Assembly (NCBI GenBank): GCA_032718475.1
Contig: JAUCBJ010003249.1
Coordinates: forward strand, 1-64,000
DNA from: Nemertoderma westbladi
Lineage: Eukaryota; Animalia; Xenacoelomorpha
Direction: 5' to 3'
Length of the DNA: 64,000 nt
The notes under the pieces are model-generated. The model saw nothing but the letters and a program-made list of their open reading frames with translations, did not search any database and had not been told where the DNA came from. The translations under genes were made by a program, and so were the position numbers. This document shows, one piece after another, positions 1 to 12,572 of the stretch (within the stretch, counting starts at the first letter, position 1; each line of letters starts with the position of its first letter).

Positions 1-3000
1 AGATTTAATCGGTCTGCCGCTATACGACGAAATTTCTGAAAGTGAGATCCGTCTCTCATTTCGTTATCCGTTATTCAAGATGAAACTTGGCCGATGTACG
101 TATGTACTATTCATCCATAGGCTGTGTCTTTGTGGGGCTGGAGACCCTAATCCATCTTCAGTTCTCACTATACCGCTAGAGTCAGAAATGTCTGAATAGA
201 AATGAAAGAGGTAAAAAGTGATTAGGCGAAATCTGCTTAAAATTTGCTAATACAGTAATACTTTCGAATTAGTACTTAAATTAAATTTAAGTCACGTGCT
301 GCGCGAAGGCCCCACTTCGTGTAGTTATAATATGTGTTGTAACAATTATAAGATAAACCGAGAGAAAGCCGCCCCAATATTAGATTATTACAACAACATA
401 TCCATTGGGTAAGAAAGTGGAGGAGAGCCAGCCCGTCTCTTAATTTTTTACTTTATATTACGCGATCAATTTTCACTCATCTCGTCATGAACCCAACATG
501 TATGTAACCTTTTGTTAAATTTGTTGGCTATGCGTTTGCGGTTGTTTGGGCGGAGTGTGGTAGGCCTACACTTTTCACACTTAAATATTTTGGTTGTGAA
601 ATGTTACAGGGCATAGCTATCTGAGATATTTCATTTATATTTTATTATGAGAGGAAGAAGAACATACAACGTTATTTACTATATATGTAACAAAATAATT
701 GTTTTCGGGTTTAACTTGGAAGCCTCCCCAAATAGTTGATATACAATTATATTTAAAATTATTTCCATGGTCATGGTCATTCACCCGTCTTTAGTTAGAA
801 ATTTGTTTGCATGAAAGACAGTTCAGTTTAGTTTTTACTGATTTATTATCTCTTATCTGACTGGGGTAATAATAAAGGATAGGATAAATGGAAGCAAAGT
901 GTGACAGTAACAAATATTTCCCCGTCACCCTAGCATGTCTTAAGTATATGATATATCAAAGGGGGAAGTTTGGATTCACTGCATAAATGCAGTTCACCAA
1001 ACTTCCCCCGAATGCACACTGTAACTTCCCCCTTCCCCCAAATATCCACTGTTGAATTAATTTGAAGCGATATAATAAGTACAAAATTGTGCGAGTTTTT
1101 AATTGTGTGTTCCAATTGTTATTTGATTTCTATTTATTATTTAAAGTGCATTTAATATCACACTGGTTTTTAGAATATTATACTATACAACCTTATGTTT
1201 TATTAATTTACCCAATCGAAGCCTCATAAGGGCCGGTTATTTGTACGCATATCCCCTAATGCGCTCAGTAAGGTTCAAACAACATATTAATATGAAAATA
1301 AAGTATCTGCAAAGAAAATAACCCAATACTATATAATTTGACCTTATTAAAAAATTTGCACTTTTGCACACTTATTTGTATAAATGCACTTTAGCAGATC
1401 GTAATGGTGGCTCTTATTTAACAAACTTATGTTTATCCTCTACCGATCTACGATGGTGTATGATCAAGTGTCATTCGCTAAAAGTGTCAAAAATCCAATT
1501 TAATAAATCTGGATTTGCGATTTTGGACCATATTCATGGATATTTTAAGTCACTTTATAGACATAAAAAGTTAAACAAATGTTACGATTATAGTTAGAAA
1601 TCATTCCAAACTACATTTTAATCCAAAAAATAACATTCTACGATGAATAGAACTGGAAATAATAGTGTTTGAAATATCGAAAAAATGTTCACTATTTAAG
1701 TGCATTTTGCACTAAGTGCACATGCGTCTTTTCCCAAGTTGTATCCTATTTCACAAATTACAATCTATCCTCTATCCAATGAAAAAAGTTTCAGATTAAA
1801 CGGCCCAGTAGAACCGAAGTTATTGATGTTTAAAAATAGTCACCCGAAAATTTCAAATTCTCTTGGTCACATACTCTAGTGGTTATCAATCACGTTAATG
1901 AAACCTAAGTTCGCGGGTTCGAAATCCAATATTGACCTGACCATTCTTAATTTTTTTTGCAAAAAAAATTATTTTTATTTTTTCACTAAAATCGCTCTAA
2001 CTTCGGTTCTGGTGGTCCAAATTCAATAAAATTGGTATATTCTTTGCCGTAATTTTTTTCTTAATCTTTTGAGAAGGGGTTATTTTGGGCCCCAAAAAAA
2101 TTTAAAAAAAGGGCCAAAATAACGCGATATTTTTCGACCCTTAAAATTCGTAATTTTAATTATATATGTTAAGATAAAAGATAGCGGAGTTAATTTGATA
2201 CTTTTTACAGGTACTTTTGGCGCAATACGCTAAATTATAATGGAATAGCGATTTGTTAAAAAAAAAATTTTTCGTCCCTTTTTATAAATATTATATTTCA
2301 CACGATCGCCTGCCGCTCCAGTTTTATAATACCTCCCCAGCGCTGTGATTAACGCTGTTAGATAGATAATTTAACGCACTATAAGTCTGTGTAAACAAAT
2401 CTCCCGTAAGTTAAGTAGTTTTCGAGCTAGACGATTTCCCGCGAAGCAAGTTTGAAGCGCGAAATTATAATTTTGGCCCTCATTTTTTTAATATCATCCT
2501 TGGAGCAAAACCGATAGCATATTTGAATTCCCCGTATGGATATTGACTGTATAGAATGTACCTTAACCAACTAAAGTTAAAAATAAAAAATTATTCGATA
2601 AAAACTACTTTACAAATTCTGGCCCTTTTTGGCCCCTATTGCCGACATATTTTTTGTACCCCCATTCGATAGGAACGTAGCCCCAATGGTCTTCTACGAG
2701 TTTCATAAAAGAATTAGTGGATTCCTACCCGCGTTGTCGAATTAAACATTTCGGAAATAAGTTTTCCAAAAAAGACGGACAAAAACGTACAAATTTACAG
2801 CCCCTTTTTCCACCCGAAATTTTAATAAATATCTTACCCCCATTCGATACGAAGGTAGTACCACTCTTCCCCTTTCCAACCGCGTTACTTTCGTCCCCGT
2901 ACGATTAATATTAGCCGAGTTATAGCGGATCCCGCAAAGTCATTTTGTCCGTTTTTTCAACTTTGACGGACATTTTCGGAAAAAAGGCGTGGTAATCTTT

Positions 3001-3719
3001 TTTGAAAAAAAAAACGAATTCACTAATTAATCCCTTCTATCGTATCCCGGCGTCGGCTAAGCAATAACCTAGGGTTTTTTCGAGCCACTGTAGAGCGCCT
3101 TTCAAAAAAATTTTAAAATTGTCGAAAAAATGACGGTTTTTTGTCCGCCGTGTCCGTCGAAGGGTTAGATTTAATAATGTTAGAGTTGCTAATATCTTAG
3201 AATTCCGAGCCGCTCCCCTGGTGAGAAAATAAAAAAATTTGGTCAGTTCCTTCATCGAAAAGTCCCCCAGAATCCCAAGTTAACCTATATAGTTAGCGAT
3301 GGCCTGCGGCTTTAGGAGCGGCCGCGGTATTCACCTCCCTCATAGCGGCCGCGGCGGTGTTGCGTCAAATGGAGAAATATTTATCCCACCTAGATTTCCA
3401 ACTGGTGACTTTCAAATTTAATTATTTATTCATATTCCCTATAAATGTTTTCCAGACATTTCATCACTATTTCCCACTATTAACTGCATTATGTACATCA
3501 AGTAAAGCATTCCTTATCCCAACCAAAGTTTAAAATCATTCCAGTAATTCCATTCCAATAATTCCATTCCAGTAACACGGAAACCACTCACTTTGGACAC
3601 CAAAGCTAAATATTACAAACAGAAATTGACAAATTTTTTGGAACACATAATTTGTTAATTATTATTGCGAACGACTCATTATCGAAAAGAAACACCACAA
3701 GATATACAACAGCATTCAA

Positions 3720-4322
3720 TCAGTAATCATATTCCTTTCTCCGAGCGATCTCAGCTTTATTGCGTTTTCGGCTTTCACTCCAAAATCCTGCCATGATTCT
3801 TTCCTTCTGAGTTACTGGACTGAAATCAAAGTTGGTGAGTTCGGGTAAGTTGCTGATGACATTGAACTTGTAGAGAGTCAGGACTTCTATAGGGTTACCG
3901 CAGAGGGAAAGTTTCTTAAGTTGCGACAGTTTACAAAGTTTTTTGACTTCTGAAATTTGTGTTATTCTGTTCCCTTGGAGATGAAGAACTCTTAACGCTG
4001 GTAAAAAAATCAACGACGAATCAATGACCTTCAGACGGTTAAAAGATAAATCCAACCACCATAGCTTAGTCGCGTCCACAACAACGGTTTGTAATACAGT
4101 TCGTAGACTGCTAATGTCTGTCAGTTTATTGTTATTTAGTTTTAGCATCGTAGAATTATATAGTATTTTTCCGTCGACGCCATTGTTGGTGTAATTGCGA
4201 GGATGTTTGTATTTAATTTTTTCAACGGCACCGATGTTGCAGAACGAATAATCTAAAGGTGTTTCGACTCGACCACTGGTGCAGTCTATAGCCACACGAG
4301 TTACCGGTTGCTTATACGTCAT
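3720..4322 (-). CDS. LRRC51: Leucine-rich repeat protein 51 (LRRC51/LRTOMT1-like), intronless CDS, 200 aa
   Basis: ATG-initiated ORF with the N-terminal PLDYSF motif typical of LRRC51, followed by SDS22-like LRRs (LKLNNNKL, LWWLDLSFNRL, LRVLHLQGNRI, LKKLSLCGNPI) and an LRRcap-like YKFNVISNLPELTNFDFSPVTQKER. Confidence 0.85.
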   Translation of the reverse strand: MTYKQPVTRVAIDCTSGRVETPLDYSFCNIGAVEKIKYKHPRNYTNNGVDGKILYNSTMLKLNNNKLTDISSLRTVLQTVVVDATKLWWLDLSFNRLKVIDSSLIFLPALRVLHLQGNRITQISEVKKLCKLSQLKKLSLCGNPIEVLTLYKFNVISNLPELTNFDFSPVTQKERIMAGFWSESRKRNKAEIARRKEYDY

Positions 4323-4669
4323 CTTCTATCAACTCAAATGATTTACCACATGTTGAGTGTTGACCTATAATCATTTATTTTTAATGATTTAATGGCAAAG
4401 GTGAATGAAGTTTTGTTGGATTAAATACATACATTATTAGGTAATATTTATATAAATATATTAGCGCTAAAAATAATATCGTTGTTACTTAGGCAACTGT
4501 CGGTATCAATATTCTGTTTAATTAAATTCATTGGAATAAAATGATCAACACCCTGTTCTATGGTGTAAAAATAATGTGGGTTAAACCAAGGACTTCTAGA
4601 ACTTTTAGTTTTTAAAAACGTTTTAGAACATCTAGAACATAAAATTTCCAAAAAGTTGTTTTATTACAC

Positions 4670-6000
4670 CATGACCTACTCTAGATACGACCCGCCAAGC
4701 TGCTGCAAAGCCCCTAAATTTAGTGGGCCAGTTATTTCTCTTAGATATAACCCCTGAAACAATACATCTAGCGCGTCGAAAGTACTTGTCCCTAGCTAAA
4801 ATTATGTCCTCTTTCAGGTGAGGCAAATAAAAATTTAATAGCTCCAGTAGTTTTCGAGATATGAGGAGTTTCTGGCACCCATACCATATCAGCACTTTTC
4901 GGAATTGATAAAATTTCTCAAAATACATCACCATTCAAGACTTTGGTATAACCAATAAACCATATTATGCTTTTTTGTTTTGTTGAATTAATTATTCGAA
5001 AGCGAAATTAGAATATAATTTTCATTGTTTATTTTATAATAGAAACTAAATGAGCACCAAAATTTCAAGTAGATCGAAATTTTAAAATAGCCAAAAGTGC
5101 TAATTTGTCCTTATAGTTTGGCTACTGAGGTTTTAGAATGTGCTGATTTCATTGGCAAGGTTTATGAAATTGTTGTATTTACAAAAATGCCCAATTTGTC
5201 AGTCGAAAATTTCGACTGCAGTAAAGTGCCAGCCAGTGCACTTCTATTTCAGTACATGCTGTACTCTGGTACTGGTGCTGTAATGTAGTGTGAATTATTG
5301 AATTATTCAGTATGTGCATTAGCACTGCACTACCTGACTACTGCGTTAAGCATTACATTACTGCTGAGTGCTGACTACATTATGCTGTTACTCTGTTAGG
5401 CATCATCATGCCTTATCATTATTATATTACCTAATTACGTCCGTACCTGTTTTTATTTGACTATTTATTATCACCTCTACACGGGCTGGCAGCCACGGCG
5501 CCGCGGGGGCCTAATCTTGGTCTGTCTGGACATAGTATCTGAATCTGTATGCAGGCCGTAACAGTTATAGTTGGAAAGTGCTGTGTGTATAGATGCCGCT
5601 CGCGCGCTCGGTCTACAGTGGCACTTAAGTTCGACTCGTCAGGGGTCTTCTACAGAACAGATGACACCAGGGCCTTCCGCTTCCACTAACATAGAGAACA
5701 TTTGTACATATCGACGTGCGATATATTCAGTACCCCTGGAATCTGTTCCGACTTCAGTGTGCTAAATACCTCAAATTCCTCGGAGACCGCCAGTAAAAAG
5801 AAACCACCCATCGTCCATCGAAATTCATGAAGGAGAGTAAAATTAGTTCTTTATCTGATGTATAGATGAAGCTACTGCTGGACTTGGGGTTGGAGGGGCC
5901 GGTTATTCTTTAAGAACCATCATGCTAGGTTTATTTTCCTGCCTAAACCAGCGGGACTGCTTTGCAGCAGCTTGGCGGGTCGTATCTATAGTAGGTCATG
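4670..6000. mobile_element. Non-autonomous DNA transposon, probably P superfamily
   Basis: ~42-bp TIRs (CATGACCTACTCTAGATACGACCCGCCAAGCTGCTGCAAAGC at 4670; reverse complement with 1 mismatch ending at 6000), flanked by a 7-bp direct repeat ATTACAC (4663-4669 and 6001-6007). CAT termini with a 7-8 bp TSD fit P elements. No transposase ORF. Confidence 0.75.
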
Positions 6001-6681
6001 ATTACACCCCTGTAGTTATATTTTTAGCAAGGATGAAAACTTTCGCTGAAGTTCATAAATTGTTGACAAAGTTATACAATAGTAGTATAAGTCGTACCAA
6101 GAAAAATTGTATTATCTAAAATAGCGGGAAGGTTTCAATTATTCCTTAAACTCTCCCTTAAATTCCTTAAAATCTCAGATAATAACCGTTTTTTCATGAA
6201 ATACGCTATTTCTCCGCTAATTTCAACTGAAATGAGTGGAAATTTGGTGCACTAAATATCTAAATATAACTATCTGAATACTACTCAGACTAAAATAAAA
6301 ATACAAATTTCAACAAATATTGGTGGAGAAAGCCTTAGGCGCAAAAAGGCACTTATGGGGGCCAATTTTAAAAATATTTGGTTTGGCTATTCTTAAACAG
6401 CCCAGACGATGTTTAGTAGCACAAAAAATAATTACCACCCAATTTTAGGGTCCAGAGACACAAAAATGTAGGTTCCATTTTGGGTACTACCCCCCACCCC
6501 CACCACCCCCCCCCCCCCCCCCCCCCCCAGGATCCACCACCCAGGCAAATATTGGCACTATTGCCATTTTGTTACAACAACCATTGCATATGCATATATG
6601 TAACGTACACAGACCGTACAAAACAGCGCAGAGGGCCTAATTCTGGGAACTACCTTGTTTACCAAGGTGAATAATGGTATA

Positions 6682-7808
6682 CCGTATTTACTCGACTCGA
6701 ATTAACACCCCCCTTACCAGCAACTTAAGCGCCTTCCCCAAATAAACGCCCCGGGGATTATTAATAATAATAATTATAATAATATTGGTTATTTATATAG
6801 CGCTTTTCTACGCTCAGCATACTCAAAGCGCTTTTATTATCATTACCCCAGCAAAGCCAGGTTCCCATTATACCGCTGGGTTGACGTAGGCACTAATGTC
6901 TAAAGTGTCTTGCCTATGGACACAACAGTGGGAGGCACAACAGTGGGAAATTTCTACAGCCTTTAGTCGGATTCGAACCTGCGGCACCAATACTATTGTG
7001 CAAGCAGTTCAGGCGCCGTATCCACTCGGACACTGCGACATCTATTACTATAATCATACTTTAGGTTCCAATTGGCTAGACGGGAGGGTGGTTCCCAGTT
7101 AGGTTTAAGGATACTTTTTGTCTAGGGTTTCGATTGCCGAGTAAAGAAGTAGGCCTAAACCCAGAAATAACAAATGTATGTGTAGCCGACTGTGTAGGCT
7201 ACCCCTATTCGTTATTAGGTTATTATTACATTAAAAATGCTGAAAATCTAGAACATAAACATAAACGCCTCCACTTGGAACTTAAACGCGTTCCCCGTAT
7301 AAACGCCCTCCTCGAATAAACGCCTCCCCAATTGGCAATTTATAAACTTAAACGCCCAGGCTCTTATTCCAGTAAATACGGTCCCTGTGTACGACACTCA
7401 ACTACTACGCACCCTGCAGCACTAGCCTCTGTTGAAGATCTAATGGCAAACAAGCACCAGCTATTAATTGTTTGCCTACAATAGTTTGTGTCTTCTTATC
7501 CTCAATCTGTCAAGTATCACAACAAGTTTTGTACATTCATTAACTCTCGTTGCTTACGTCGTCAAAATTCATCCCTTGCCATGGGAAAATCTACGCAAAT
7601 AACATACGAAAAAACATATCCCAAAAATAAAACTAACATTTTACCTTGACTTTCGTTTACTGCTTTGTTCAGAATAACTTGCCACTGTAACCCGCTCCTT
7701 TTCCGTAATTGTTAATTTAAGCGTTTATTCGGGGAAGGCGTGTAAGTTGCTAATTTGATTGTAAGGGGGGCGTTTATTCGAGGTTGGCTCTTATTCGAAG
7801 AAATACGG
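6682..7808. mobile_element. Tc1/mariner-pogo-like MITE or composite, interrupted by a SINE
   Basis: Termini TA|CCGTATTTACTCGA ... TCGAAGAAATACGG|TA, subterminal AATAAACGCC / GGCGTTTATT repeats, and an additional internal end (CAGTAAATACGG near 7370-7381). Confidence 0.6.
6758..7040 (-). mobile_element. tRNA-derived SINE with conserved central domain and L2-like (ATT)n tail
   Basis: On the minus strand: tRNA-like head with A box (GTCCGAGTGG) and B box (GGTTCGAATCC), a central GTGTCCATAGGCAAGACACTTT...CAACCCAGCGGTATAATGGGAACCTGG segment, and a 3' AAGCGCTTTGAG...AAAAGCGCTATATAAAT followed by ATT repeats. Confidence 0.7.
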
Positions 7809-8149
7809 TATATTCCAGGACTGGTTGTTTTTACAGATGTAATGGAATTTAATGGTTTAACACATTTGTGCTGTTTTATTGTGCGTCGAAATGGTACGAC
7901 ACCTTTACGTGAGGGGAAACCAAGAGGGGAGAGAAAAGGTGCATTAAATTTAATTATTTGTTACTTTATTTTTGTAAAATAAATAGTTATTATAATATTA
8001 ATGTTTAATAATCAATCACCTTATGAGTTTAAAGTGGAATGAATTATCATTATTCTATTGCCGAATATAAATAAATAAACAGTCATATGAATTATGCAAA
8101 TAAATATATGATTTAATTGTTCATTCGAACGTCACTGGTGTACGTGGTT

Positions 8150-9970
8150 CTACACTCTACCCGTCAGGGTCACATAGAAGTTCGATGAACGACGGCCACT
8201 CCGTCCCATAAATATTGGTTCCGGCTCCGGCTGACAACACGAACAAAATATATCGCTGAACGCCCTGGACTGTAAATCCCGGTAGTTGCCGCTCTCGGGT
8301 GCGTCGGTACACTCATTAATAAAAGTCTCCAGGGGAGTCGCTACCCCGTTGCCACGTAACGACTTGACCTCCTCAAAAGTGCCGATAATCACGGAGATGA
8401 AGACACTGAGGACAATGTAGATGAACAGAGAGATGAAAGTGTAGAGATAGACCCGAGAGAAGTACCAAATCCCGGGAGATTCGTCGTAATTGATACCGGC
8501 GAAGGTTGCGAACATATCGTCGCCGTTGATCAGGGAGAACAGACACTCTGAGGAACGTGTTAGGGTGCGGAACTTGTAGTGGAACGGCCCGATGACAACC
8601 CAACCGCAGAACACGAACCCGAGGTAGAGCATCCCGGCGCAGACCATGAACCTGAGGACGCGAGGAAGGGCCATCTTAAGGGTGACAATGAGGAGACTGT
8701 ACTCCTGGAAGAAGGTCAGGTATCTCAGGATCCCGATCCACGCGTAGAGGGTGGAGACCCCGAGGAGGACGCTGACAACGTTGTACTCAAACATAAGGTT
8801 AACCTCGATGACGATCTTAAAGACACTACCGATAACCGTCATAAAATCCGCTATTATAATAAGAATATACCAAAAGTTAACGAACTTTAACTTTTCATTT
8901 CGACTAAGTTTTAATATATTGCGAGTTTCAAGAAAGATAATGCTTTCTTTGAGGAGGTAGTGAGCTTTAATAAGTGAACGAAGGCACAGCGCTAAGGATA
9001 GAGAGCATAAGGCGATCACAACAACATCGTAGACCTTAGTGAATACAGTGAAGTTGAAGGTGTTAGACGGATAGGAGATATTGGATCTGCACTGGAGGTA
9101 CTCCGGGGTAACCGTCATGGAAACCGGAACCTTCCCATTGAATCCGGAATTGTCGAATTTGATTTCGAGGAGGAAGTTGTAGCAATCGGGGTCCCAGTCT
9201 ACGTTCATGGGTTTAACATGGACCGCCTTGAGGTTGTAGGTGATGTCAACGGACACCAGACGCTCCCAACTCATAGCAAAGTCATTCTCAACAAGCCAGT
9301 CAACTATACTGAAGTTCTTTGGAGGAATGTTAGTGGCGGAAGACCAGAGGTATTCGCAGCTCCTACGTTGGTTCGTGTTGAATCGTATTGTTTCATTGGC
9401 GGCGTTTATCTGTCCGTCTATCATGTAGGTCATGCAGTACATCATAGGGGGGACTCCGTCCCCCTCCAGCGCGTGGGCGTACGCCCCTATCGTTTTATTC
9501 TCCATATCTATGTACGCCTGGACGGCAAAGTCAACGATATCGTTGAAATCTTCCTTGAGGTAGATCGAGTATGGGAACTTAATGACTCTATATCCGGGTT
9601 CCCCGTCCGAGACATCCCAATCTTTGAGCATCAGCAGTCGGAATGTACTCGCGCTGTCCTGTATGAATGTTGTAACGGAGGAATGTTCCTTACTAAACAG
9701 ATACAGTTGGGTCGTCACAACGAGAATCTTAATTACCTGGAGTATCAGCTTGAATGGTTTTCGGCCTCGGGCTCTGAATTTCTGGCACGGGTTCATAAAG
9801 TGAAACTTTAACTTTTTGCGAAGTCGGTCCTCCTGAGTGAGGTGAATAGACTGATTGTTCGACTCCTGTATAGACCCGTAACTATGGTAACTATCACTGG
9901 TAATGGAAGAGCGATTGGTTGAATGTCTATTCCTCTCCATTCTGACACTTCCGTTATCCGGATTCACCAT
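8150..9970 (-). CDS. MCOLN3: Mucolipin / TRPML lysosomal cation channel (MCOLN1/3-like), intronless CDS, 606 aa
   Basis: LRKKLKFHFMNPCQKFRARGRKPFKL N-terminal motif, large luminal loop, six hydrophobic TM segments, pore helix and filter SECLFSLINGDDMFATF, S6 YLYTFISLFIYIVLSVFISVI, C-terminal CSCC. The paralog number is not resolvable in an invertebrate. Confidence 0.93.
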   Translation of the reverse strand: MVNPDNGSVRMERNRHSTNRSSITSDSYHSYGSIQESNNQSIHLTQEDRLRKKLKFHFMNPCQKFRARGRKPFKLILQVIKILVVTTQLYLFSKEHSSVTTFIQDSASTFRLLMLKDWDVSDGEPGYRVIKFPYSIYLKEDFNDIVDFAVQAYIDMENKTIGAYAHALEGDGVPPMMYCMTYMIDGQINAANETIRFNTNQRRSCEYLWSSATNIPPKNFSIVDWLVENDFAMSWERLVSVDITYNLKAVHVKPMNVDWDPDCYNFLLEIKFDNSGFNGKVPVSMTVTPEYLQCRSNISYPSNTFNFTVFTKVYDVVVIALCSLSLALCLRSLIKAHYLLKESIIFLETRNILKLSRNEKLKFVNFWYILIIIADFMTVIGSVFKIVIEVNLMFEYNVVSVLLGVSTLYAWIGILRYLTFFQEYSLLIVTLKMALPRVLRFMVCAGMLYLGFVFCGWVVIGPFHYKFRTLTRSSECLFSLINGDDMFATFAGINYDESPGIWYFSRVYLYTFISLFIYIVLSVFISVIIGTFEEVKSLRGNGVATPLETFINECTDAPESGNYRDLQSRAFSDIFCSCCQPEPEPIFMGRSGRRSSNFYVTLTGRV

Positions 9971-10814
9971 GACGTCACGACATCAAGTTTATATTTCAAT
10001 CGCCAATTTTCCAACACCATTACATATAATCTATTGTAACTGAAATTATAACTGTATATAACTGAAAAAGTAATAAGTGAAGAAACGAGTGTGACATTTT
10101 TTTTTACAGTTTTATAATTTAATGACATCAACGTATATCCCGCAACAAAGTAAATAATTTTTCAACAAATACTTAATACAAATTGTTTAAACCAATAAAA
10201 CCACCGACTACCATCCCAACTAGTTAAGGTACACCGTAGGAATGTACCGATGACCGGTATTGCATTGTCAGGGCAACACTTTATAGATAAAGCCATATAA
10301 AACAAACAGAGAAGATAATAAAAAGCGTATAAAGGTGGCAGGGCTAATCCGATTCGATTGTTATCATTAAAATAAATGTAATTTGGTAATGTCGCATTGG
10401 GTTGGAAGCAAGGCGATCTATAAGTACAGTAAATAACTACTGCAATGCACTTATAGATCGGTTTGGTTGGATGTGATTACCAATCGCATAGCTCGATGAA
10501 CGCCAATGTTACATTTATAAATTAAACATTGAGCAGAAATCAAATAATACCAACTACTCTGCTAATACGCCTCACTACCGTCTCAATAACATTAATACGA
10601 ATTGCGTACAGATTAGAGCGGATAAATATATGAAATAGAATACGAGATATCCAAATGCAAATTAACATTTAACAAAAATGACATTTTATGAATCTGGAAT
10701 TTAAGTATCTGCAGACCGAAACGTTCTACATTATAATCCACCGAGGCCCGTTACTATAATAAGTGCCGGCATCGGCGGGAGACAACAGAAAATATGTTAA
10801 AAGACAACAGTAAA

Positions 10815-11989
10815 GACAGTGGTACAGACAGTGGTACAGACACACATGGTGGTACAGACAGTGGTACAGACACACATGGTGGCACAGACACACATGGTGG
10901 TACAGACACACATGGTGGTACAGACACACATGGTGGAACAGACACACATGGTGGCACAGACACACATGGTGGTTCAGACACACGTGGTGGCACAGACACA
11001 CATGGTGGTACAGACACACATGGTGGTACAGACACACATGGTGGTACAAACACACATGGTGGTACAGACACACATGGTGGTACAGACACACATGGTGGTA
11101 CAGACACACATGGTGGTACAGACACACATGGTGGTACAGACACACATGGTGGCACAGACACACATGGTGGTTCAGACACACGTGGTGGCACAGACACACA
11201 TGGTGGTACAGACACACATGGTGGTACAGACACACATGGTGGCACAGACAGACAGACACACATGGTGGTTCAGACACACGTGGTGGCACAGACACACATG
11301 GTGGTACAGACACACATGGTGGTACAGACACACATGGTGGTACAGACACACATGGTTGTACACACACACATGGTGGTACAAACACACATAGTCAGATAGT
11401 GGTACAGACACACATGGTGGTAAAGACACACATGGTGGCACAGACACACATGGTGGTTCAGACACACGTGGTGGCACAGACACACATGGTGGTACAGACA
11501 CACATGGTGGCACAGACAGAGACACACATGGTGGTACAGACACACATGGTGGTACAGACACACGTGGTGGCACAGACACACATGGTGGTACAGACACACA
11601 TGGTGGTACAGACACACATGGTGGTACAAACACACATGGTGGTACAGACACACATGGTGGCACAGACACACATGGTGGAACAGACACACATGGTGGCACA
11701 GACACACATGGTGGTACAGACACACATGGTGGCACAGACACACATGGTGGTACAGACACACATGGTGGTACAGACACACATGGTGGCACAGACACACATG
11801 GTGGAACATACACACATGGTGGCACAGACACACATGGTGGTACAGACACACATGGTGGCACAGACACACGTGGTGGTACAGACACACATGGTGGTACAGA
11901 CACACATGGTGGCACAGACACACATGGTGGTACAGACACACATGGTGGTACAGACACACATGGTGGCACAGACACACATGGTGGTACAA
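10815..11989. repeat. 18-bp minisatellite (GGTACAGACACACATGGT), ~65 copies
   Basis: Directly visible tandem unit with a few variants (GGCACA, GGTTCA, CACGTG). It generates the TDTHGG / VSVPPC repeat ORFs. Confidence 0.97.
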
Positions 11990-12423
11990 GTAAGTTGATT
12001 AGACCCTAGAGTTTGAACTCATCTAATTGTGGGGCTAAACAAAACCGCGAATCAACAGCAAACAAATATAATCATACAAAGGCCGCTTTCCAAATGACCG
12101 TGATTGTGTGTGCGGGACTGAAATCCATTATAGTCAGATGCCACGAACTATGGCTTTCGACTCGCACACACACTACGACTACAGTACACACACATACTGG
12201 CATTTGGAGAGCGTGCAGCCCCCCCCCCCCCCCATGTTCGCTAGTGATGGCTTATAGTTCTGCTCCAAGAAGGTCCCTGACCGGTCTGCCGGTTTTCTTA
12301 TTTCGGGACAATCCAAAAAGTCAGTTATGCAAACTATAATCAGATACTATGAGTATGAGATAGTATTACTATACTATAACTATATACCGGTACTCACTCA
12401 CACAGCAACCGCACATTGATTTC

Positions 12424-12572
12424 AAGAGTTCAGATGGACTTCAGATGAACTTTCTGCTGCTCCCCCGAGCCGGTAGGCCTAAGAGTTCAGATGGACTTTC
12501 TGCTGCTCCCCCGAGCCGGTAGGCCTAAGAGTTCAGATGGACTTTCTGCTGCTCCCCCGAGCCGGTAGGCCT
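12424..12572. repeat. 46-bp tandem triplication of the DTWD1 3' coding end
   Basis: AAGAGTTCAGATGGACTTTCTGCTGCTCCCCCGAGCCGGTAGGCCT at 12481-12526 and 12527-12572, plus a copy with an 11-bp internal duplication at 12424-12480. Confidence 0.9.

Noticed and set aside
1865-1937. tRNA-like sequence (TAGTGG ... GGGTTCGAAATCC)
   Set aside because: A- and B-box-like motifs are present but I could not build a convincing cloverleaf. It is more likely a decayed SINE head or part of a repeat.
1-3400. Probable non-autonomous transposon sequence (Helentron/MITE-like tracts, hairpin near 303-320)
   Set aside because: The composition suggests repeats, but I could not define termini or TSDs with confidence. 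The short ORFs here show no protein motifs.
8373-9811. Overlapping and antisense ORFs within MCOLN (also within GTSF1 and XRCC3)
   Set aside because: Shadow ORFs from GC-rich codon usage, with no recognisable motifs.
10726-11998. His/Cys-rich or VSVPPC repeat proteins
   Set aside because: ORFs are open on both strands and in several frames only because an 18-bp unit lacks stops. Frames break at indels and there is no unique domain.
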